Source of the DNA: a virus
Reading direction: 5' to 3' (one strand)
Length of the DNA: 36,695 bases
IMG/VR virus record: IMGVR_UViG_3300009177_000023
Span: 1-36,695 of that record
Below the pieces are notes generated by a model. The model worked only from the letters and a program-made list of their open reading frames with translations, searched no databases and was not told the origin of the DNA. The translations under genes were made by a program, and so were the position numbers. Below, piece by piece: positions 32,394 through 36,695 of the stretch. Position 1 is the first letter of the stretch, and each line of letters begins with the position of its first letter.

Positions 32394-33125
32394 ATGGACT
32401 TCACTCGATCAACTTGGGAAATGGTCATGGGGTCGCTGACCCCCATGACAGGGGCGATTTCCGGCACCACGCCGAAGCTGTCGACCTGGATCAAGGCCGT
32501 CGGGCTGGAGTCGTTCACGGCCACCCTTGCGACAACCGGCACCGTCAACGGAACCTGGACCGTCCAAGGGTCCAACGCCGACGACGCCACCAAGCCCGCC
32601 GAGCTGATCGTGGAGCTTGGCACGTACCCGTCACAGCCGACCTACCCGACGGGCGTGGCGTCGAGCGGCGACGTCGTACAGCCGACGTACGGGTTCCGGT
32701 ACATCCGGTTCACGTTCACCCCGAGCGCGGGCGCGGGCAATGCGACCGTGACGTTCAAGGGGAAGATGACCGGCGCGCCGATGGACATGGCACAGCTGCA
32801 CCACGGGAGTATCCACCTGCTCGTCGCCGCGGCTGACACGCTGGCCGGGCAGTTCGCGCTGGAAGGCTCCAACAACTGGTCGGGCATCCTCCAGGGCCAG
32901 AAGGCCAAGGGCCAGGCCTTCGCGGACGGGAACTGGACGCCCTACCTGCCATCGCCCGCCATTGCCGTCCTCGTTGCGTCGACGGGGCAAGACCGAATGG
33001 TCGACCTGGGGATCACCACCGACGGCGCAACCGGCATCATTCGTTGCGGCGCGGTTCGGTTGAACTTCACTTGGACGGCGGGATTCGGCAGCCCGAGCGC
33101 ATACGGAGCCTACAAGGCAGCTTAA
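32394..33125 (+). CDS. Hypothetical beta-sandwich virion protein (243 aa)
   Basis: Two similar halves (WTVQGSN...FRYIRFTFTP / FALEGSNNW...GAVRLNFTW). The stop lies inside motif copy C. Confidence 0.5.
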   Translation: MDFTRSTWEMVMGSLTPMTGAISGTTPKLSTWIKAVGLESFTATLATTGTVNGTWTVQGSNADDATKPAELIVELGTYPSQPTYPTGVASSGDVVQPTYGFRYIRFTFTPSAGAGNATVTFKGKMTGAPMDMAQLHHGSIHLLVAAADTLAGQFALEGSNNWSGILQGQKAKGQAFADGNWTPYLPSPAIAVLVASTGQDRMVDLGITTDGATGIIRCGAVRLNFTWTAGFGSPSAYGAYKAA

Positions 33126-33186
33126 TTAACGGTCGCGCCAACCTGTAATTGGCGCGAATTGACGGGGCGATCTTTGCCCGTACAGT
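33124..33186 (+). promoter_or_regulatory. Composite element C: AATTAACGGTCGCGCCAACC, 37 nt, then TACAGTCGGC; -35 TTGACG at 33159-33164 with a 16-nt spacer; includes an 8-bp hairpin cgcgccaa/ttggcgcg
   Basis: Spacing identical to elements A and B. The hairpin at 33134-33156 could terminate the upstream operon. Confidence 0.7.
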
Positions 33187-33213
33187 CGGCTCAAACTCAG
33201 GGGGATTGCAATC

Positions 33214-33438
33214 ATGGCTGAAGTGGAATTGACCGCAGAGGAAAAGGCCGATCTGGCCAAACGGCGCGCCGAGAAGGAACAAGCGCGAAAGCGTGAGTGC
33301 CTGAACGCGGCGACCGGGGAGGTCGATGCCGCCGCGGGGGTTCTCGGCGACGCTGACCACACGATCACCGACGAAGAGCGGATGGGCGTCATGGCCCGCC
33401 TGCGCGCGGCGATCAACCACATCAACGAGGCTGGGTAA
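33214..33438 (+). CDS. Small charged helical protein (74 aa)
   Basis: AGGGGGA Shine-Dalgarno; first gene after element C. Confidence 0.5.
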   Translation: MAEVELTAEEKADLAKRRAEKEQARKRECLNAATGEVDAAAGVLGDADHTITDEERMGVMARLRAAINHINEAG

Positions 33439-33441
33439 GTC

Positions 33442-33933
33442 ATGGCACGCATCTTTTCCGTTGGCGGCCAGAACATCACCCTCGCGGGTGCGGTGACCGC
33501 CGTATTCATCAACCCGCCCGCCGCCCCGTCGGTGGGCATCCGTCTTCTGCGCGCGTGGGCGCAGCAGGCCGGCAACGCGACCTCGGCGCAGACGCGCATC
33601 CAGCTCGTCACGCAGGTCACCGCGTTTCCGACGCTGACCAGCGCGACCCCGGCCAAGATGATGCGGCACGATCCCAACGTGGCGGTCATCACCGGCGGCA
33701 CCGCTGGCGCGGCTGGAACCGCCGGCATCAACGCGTCCGCCGAAGGTGCGGGCACCAAGACGGTCATCAACGAGTACTCGTTCAACAACCTGAACGGGTT
33801 CGAGTGGCTCCCGACGGCCAAGGAAGTCATCGAGCTGGCGGCAGGCATGGCGTCGGGGTTGGGGCTCTACTTCCCCGCGGCGCCCGGCATCCTGACCGGC
33901 TGGGGCTTCGGGCTCACGTACGAAGAGATCTAG
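33442..33933 (+). CDS. Hypothetical virion protein (163 aa)
   Basis: High GC3; beta-rich sequence within the fibre module. Confidence 0.5.
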   Translation: MARIFSVGGQNITLAGAVTAVFINPPAAPSVGIRLLRAWAQQAGNATSAQTRIQLVTQVTAFPTLTSATPAKMMRHDPNVAVITGGTAGAAGTAGINASAEGAGTKTVINEYSFNNLNGFEWLPTAKEVIELAAGMASGLGLYFPAAPGILTGWGFGLTYEEI

Positions 33934-34024
33934 GCGACCCGGGGTGATGCACCCCCCGGACATGTTCAGCGAGCCGACGGTGGGCAATGCGCTCATCGTC
34001 GGCTTTGCCGTGGGCGGATAGGCC

Positions 34025-34255
34025 ATGCCCCAGGTACAACCTGACCCCATCGACCTGTCCGCCTTGCAAGCGCAGTACGCCCTGCGCATCCAGCGTCTGA
34101 CAGCCCACGACGGGCCCGGCGCGAACGGTGCGTTTCAGGCCATCGCGGTCCAGTCGAGAAACGCCGTGCGAGGGGCCGGCTTCGATCCGGACTTGTTCTG
34201 CATCGACACGAACACCTGGCAGATCGTCAACGCGATCACCGGGGTGCCGGCGTAG
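34025..34255 (+). CDS. Hypothetical protein (76 aa)
   Basis: ATG as in the ORF track. Ends 3 nt before the fibre start codon. Confidence 0.45.
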   Translation: MPQVQPDPIDLSALQAQYALRIQRLTAHDGPGANGAFQAIAVQSRNAVRGAGFDPDLFCIDTNTWQIVNAITGVPA

Positions 34256-34258
34256 CCC

Positions 34259-36695
34259 ATGGCCGGCTCGATCGTCCAGACGGCTCAGTCGGCCCCATCC
34301 GGGACGTCGACGACGGTCACACAGTCGATCACTGTCACGGCGGGCAACACGCTGGTGGTGGTCGGGTACGGCTACAGCAACACGTTCGGTCCGCCGCCGC
34401 CGGCAATGACCTGTGCCGACGGGACCAATACGTACACGCAGCGCGCGGCGGTCTCGTCGTGTTTCTACAACTTTGACGCTGAGGTTGCTTTCACCGCGCC
34501 GATCGCATCGAGCGGGACGATCACGGTCACGGTGACCTACGACCGGGTGTGCGACGGTCGCAAGATCTGGGTGCAAGAACTCGCGGGGCTCACCGCGACG
34601 CCCTACCAGGCGGCCGGCACGAACCTCCAGCCGTCGACCGGGACCGGGACGGACGCGATCACCGCCACCACGTCCGGGTCGACGTCTGTAACGCCGGTGT
34701 TCATCTGGGCGCAGACCCACAGCAAGAACAACCCAGGCCCAGCCAACGCCGGCACCGGGTTCACCCTCGGCGCCTCCGGCTGGAACGGTGGCGGCGGGGA
34801 CCAGGCCCGCAGCGAATCAAAGAGCGACGCCGGGGCGACGGGGACCAAGACCGCGACGTTCACCGCGGCCAGCGGCACCGACGACTACGCGACGATCGTA
34901 ATTGCCCTGGCGGAAGCTGGAGGCGCTGCGCCGGACCAGCCATCGCCCCGCCGCCGCCGCATCGAGGAGGCCGCCGAGGAGGCACCGCCGCGTCGTCGCC
35001 TTTTCGCGCCCATCCCGGCGGTGATTGTCGCCCAGCCGTTCGCGCGGGTGCGTCGCGCCCTCGACGATGCGCCCGACGATGTCCGCCCACGCCGTCACTC
35101 GGACGCCATCTCTGCGCTGGACGTGCCGGTCACGATTCCCGACCTGGCGCTGTGGCTGCGCGGCGACGGCGCGCGTGTGTCCGCCGGCAACGTCACCAGC
35201 GTCGACGACTGGTCTGGACGCGGCAACAACGTCACCAATAGCGGCACCGTGCCTTTCAACGCGACGGCGATCAATAACAAGCCGGGATGGACAGGCAACG
35301 GAAACGCCTGGCTCGAAAACACGGTGTCGAATCTGGTTTCTGCCGGCGGCGATCGCACGGTGTTCGTGGTCGCCAAGTCGGCGGGCACAGCGGGCGGTGG
35401 GTTGCTCGAATTCAGGACGAGTATCCCCACCAACTCGTTCGCGCACGCACAGGGCAGCACCGGCTTTCTGTTCTACGACTCTGCGCACACCTGGTCAGAC
35501 GCGGTGAACGCCTCAACGTCGCCGATCATCTACGAAGCAACCTGGTCATCTGCTGTGGCGCCCATCATGAAGGCTAACGGCAGCGTCGTGGCCTTCGCTA
35601 CAGGGTCGGGAAACCTGGACGCCGATTCGGGCGGGACGGGCTTTACGGTGATGTCGTGGAACCGCAAGCAGGCCGGGATCGGATGGACCGGCGACATGTG
35701 CGAAGTGATCGTCTTCTCGCGCATCCTGTCGGCGGCTGAGCAGCTCACGATCCGCACCTACCTGGCCCTCCGGTACCTGATCGGCATCGACGTACCCGCC
35801 TGGCGATCACGACAGTGGATGGACGCCGTCCGATCGAGCTGGGACGTCGAGGACGTCAGAGCGCGCAGGGCACGCGCCCCCATCGTCTCGGCTGTCACGC
35901 CCGACAACCCGCCCCCGCGCGCATCCACGGCCCGCGCGCGCATGCTGGCGGACGAGTCACGGGCCGAGCCGGAGCCGCGGGCACGCAAGGCGCTATTCAG
36001 CCACGGGCAGGGCTCTCTGTCGGTCACCGATGACACATCGTCGGCGGTAGTCGACCTGACGGCTGTCGGCACCACGGACTGGCGGACGTGGGAGTTCGTC
36101 TCGGGGCTTGGGGACATCTTCGTCCGCAAGGTATCGGGCGCGAACCAGATCAGCGACTACACGGTGATCGGCGGAGGAACGCCGGGGTGGTCGTCGGGCG
36201 GCCCGACCAACGTGGTCCAGTGGACAGACGGCGACCCGATTTCCGTTGGCTCGAATGCTGGGAACCTGCGCGCGGGCGTCGGCACCGGCAACGGGTGGTC
36301 ATGGACGGTGGTGGCCGATGAAAACGTTCGCACGGTGCACTTGTACCTGCGGTCTATCAACCTGTCCCCGGGCACGGCGACGGTGCAGGCGAGCCTTTCG
36401 GATGGCAGCGCGGCGCCCATCAGCATCGGGGTAAGCGCCAACAGCGAGTGGAACGTCCACATCACCTACAAGGCCGGCGGCCCCGGTCAGGTGTTGAACA
36501 TCACCTGCCTTGTCACTGGCGCTACGTCGGAGGCTGGCGTGCGCGCCGTCGCCCTCGCCGGCCCCGCGGTGCCCAACCCGATGCCATTCATCCGCCGACT
36601 GTGGCAGGTGCTGACCACCTGGGACACCGAGGAGCCGCGGGCGGCCAAGCGGTTCGCGCCGATCCCGCCTCCGGCAGCACCCGACAGCCCACAGC
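34259..36695 (+). CDS. Multi-domain tail fibre, N-terminal 812 codons (3' open; continues at nt 36 of the window)
   Basis: Not in the ORF track because it has no stop. I translated it by hand and frame 2 is open from ATG 34259 to the window end. Contains a LamG/ConA-like domain (LWLRGDG...VDDWSGRGNN...CEVIVFSRILSAAEQLTIRTYLALRY) and a carbohydrate-binding-like beta-sandwich (TDWRTWEF...VHLYLRS...). Confidence 0.8.
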   Translation, partial: MAGSIVQTAQSAPSGTSTTVTQSITVTAGNTLVVVGYGYSNTFGPPPPAMTCADGTNTYTQRAAVSSCFYNFDAEVAFTAPIASSGTITVTVTYDRVCDGRKIWVQELAGLTATPYQAAGTNLQPSTGTGTDAITATTSGSTSVTPVFIWAQTHSKNNPGPANAGTGFTLGASGWNGGGGDQARSESKSDAGATGTKTATFTAASGTDDYATIVIALAEAGGAAPDQPSPRRRRIEEAAEEAPPRRRLFAPIPAVIVAQPFARVRRALDDAPDDVRPRRHSDAISALDVPVTIPDLALWLRGDGARVSAGNVTSVDDWSGRGNNVTNSGTVPFNATAINNKPGWTGNGNAWLENTVSNLVSAGGDRTVFVVAKSAGTAGGGLLEFRTSIPTNSFAHAQGSTGFLFYDSAHTWSDAVNASTSPIIYEATWSSAVAPIMKANGSVVAFATGSGNLDADSGGTGFTVMSWNRKQAGIGWTGDMCEVIVFSRILSAAEQLTIRTYLALRYLIGIDVPAWRSRQWMDAVRSSWDVEDVRARRARAPIVSAVTPDNPPPRASTARARMLADESRAEPEPRARKALFSHGQGSLSVTDDTSSAVVDLTAVGTTDWRTWEFVSGLGDIFVRKVSGANQISDYTVIGGGTPGWSSGGPTNVVQWTDGDPISVGSNAGNLRAGVGTGNGWSWTVVADENVRTVHLYLRSINLSPGTATVQASLSDGSAAPISIGVSANSEWNVHITYKAGGPGQVLNITCLVTGATSEAGVRAVALAGPAVPNPMPFIRRLWQVLTTWDTEEPRAAKRFAPIPPPAAPDSPQ
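36661..36695. repeat. Terminal direct repeat, identical to 1-35
   Basis: Exact 35/35 match to the window start. Confidence 0.95.

Noticed and set aside
1-36695. Diversity-generating retroelement, CRISPR-Cas, toxin-antitoxin or other named defence system
   Set aside because: I found no reverse transcriptase, no template/variable repeat pair, no cas-like genes and no repeat-spacer array. The only TA-like architecture is the weak small-ORF/GNAT pair, reported separately.

Overview
High-GC window (roughly two-thirds G+C by eye, not computed). Its first 35 nt (1-35) are identical to its last 35 nt (36661-36695), so it reads as a circularly closed, complete tailed-phage genome of about 36,660 bp. 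I support about 55 protein genes. All but one are on the + strand, tightly packed with ATGA/GTGA/TGATG start-stop overlaps. I found no tRNA, rRNA, CRISPR array, transposase or reverse transcriptase. Gene order: the end of a 954-aa multi-domain tail fibre that wraps across the window ends; small membrane or unknown ORFs; an HTH protein embedded in a cluster of GTAACGGTT palindromes; a recombination pair (AAA_24/Sak4-like ATPase plus PD-(D/E)XK nuclease); a tyrosine integrase; an accessory cluster (small HTH, pentapeptide-repeat protein, ParB-like protein, nucleoside 2-deoxyribosyltransferase-like, HNH/Ref-like); a run of small Cys-rich proteins including a sigma-region-4/LuxR-type HTH; packaging genes (GNAT, TerL, portal); scaffold and major capsid; then adaptor-like, Gly-rich fibre, a 1020-aa nozzle-like protein and three large internal-virion-like proteins (podovirus/T7-like order, by inference). 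Main observations beyond the genes: (1) a 20-nt motif AATTAACGGTCRC-NN-CRACC occurs 5 times (plus 1 degenerate copy), only at module boundaries, and 3 copies sit exactly 37 nt upstream of a TACAGTCG(G/C)C -10-like box; (2) palindromes or iterons sharing the same TAACGGT core lie around the HTH gene; (3) an in-frame TGA separates the start codon of the Sak4-like ATPase from its Walker A motif; (4) a pentapeptide-repeat gene is built from 18 near-identical 15-bp tandem units; (5) a single antisense membrane-protein gene with its own sigma70-like, apparently leaderless promoter sits inside the virion module; (6) the large nozzle-like structural protein starts with a lipoprotein signal peptide. 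All product calls come from motif recognition by eye, with no database search.
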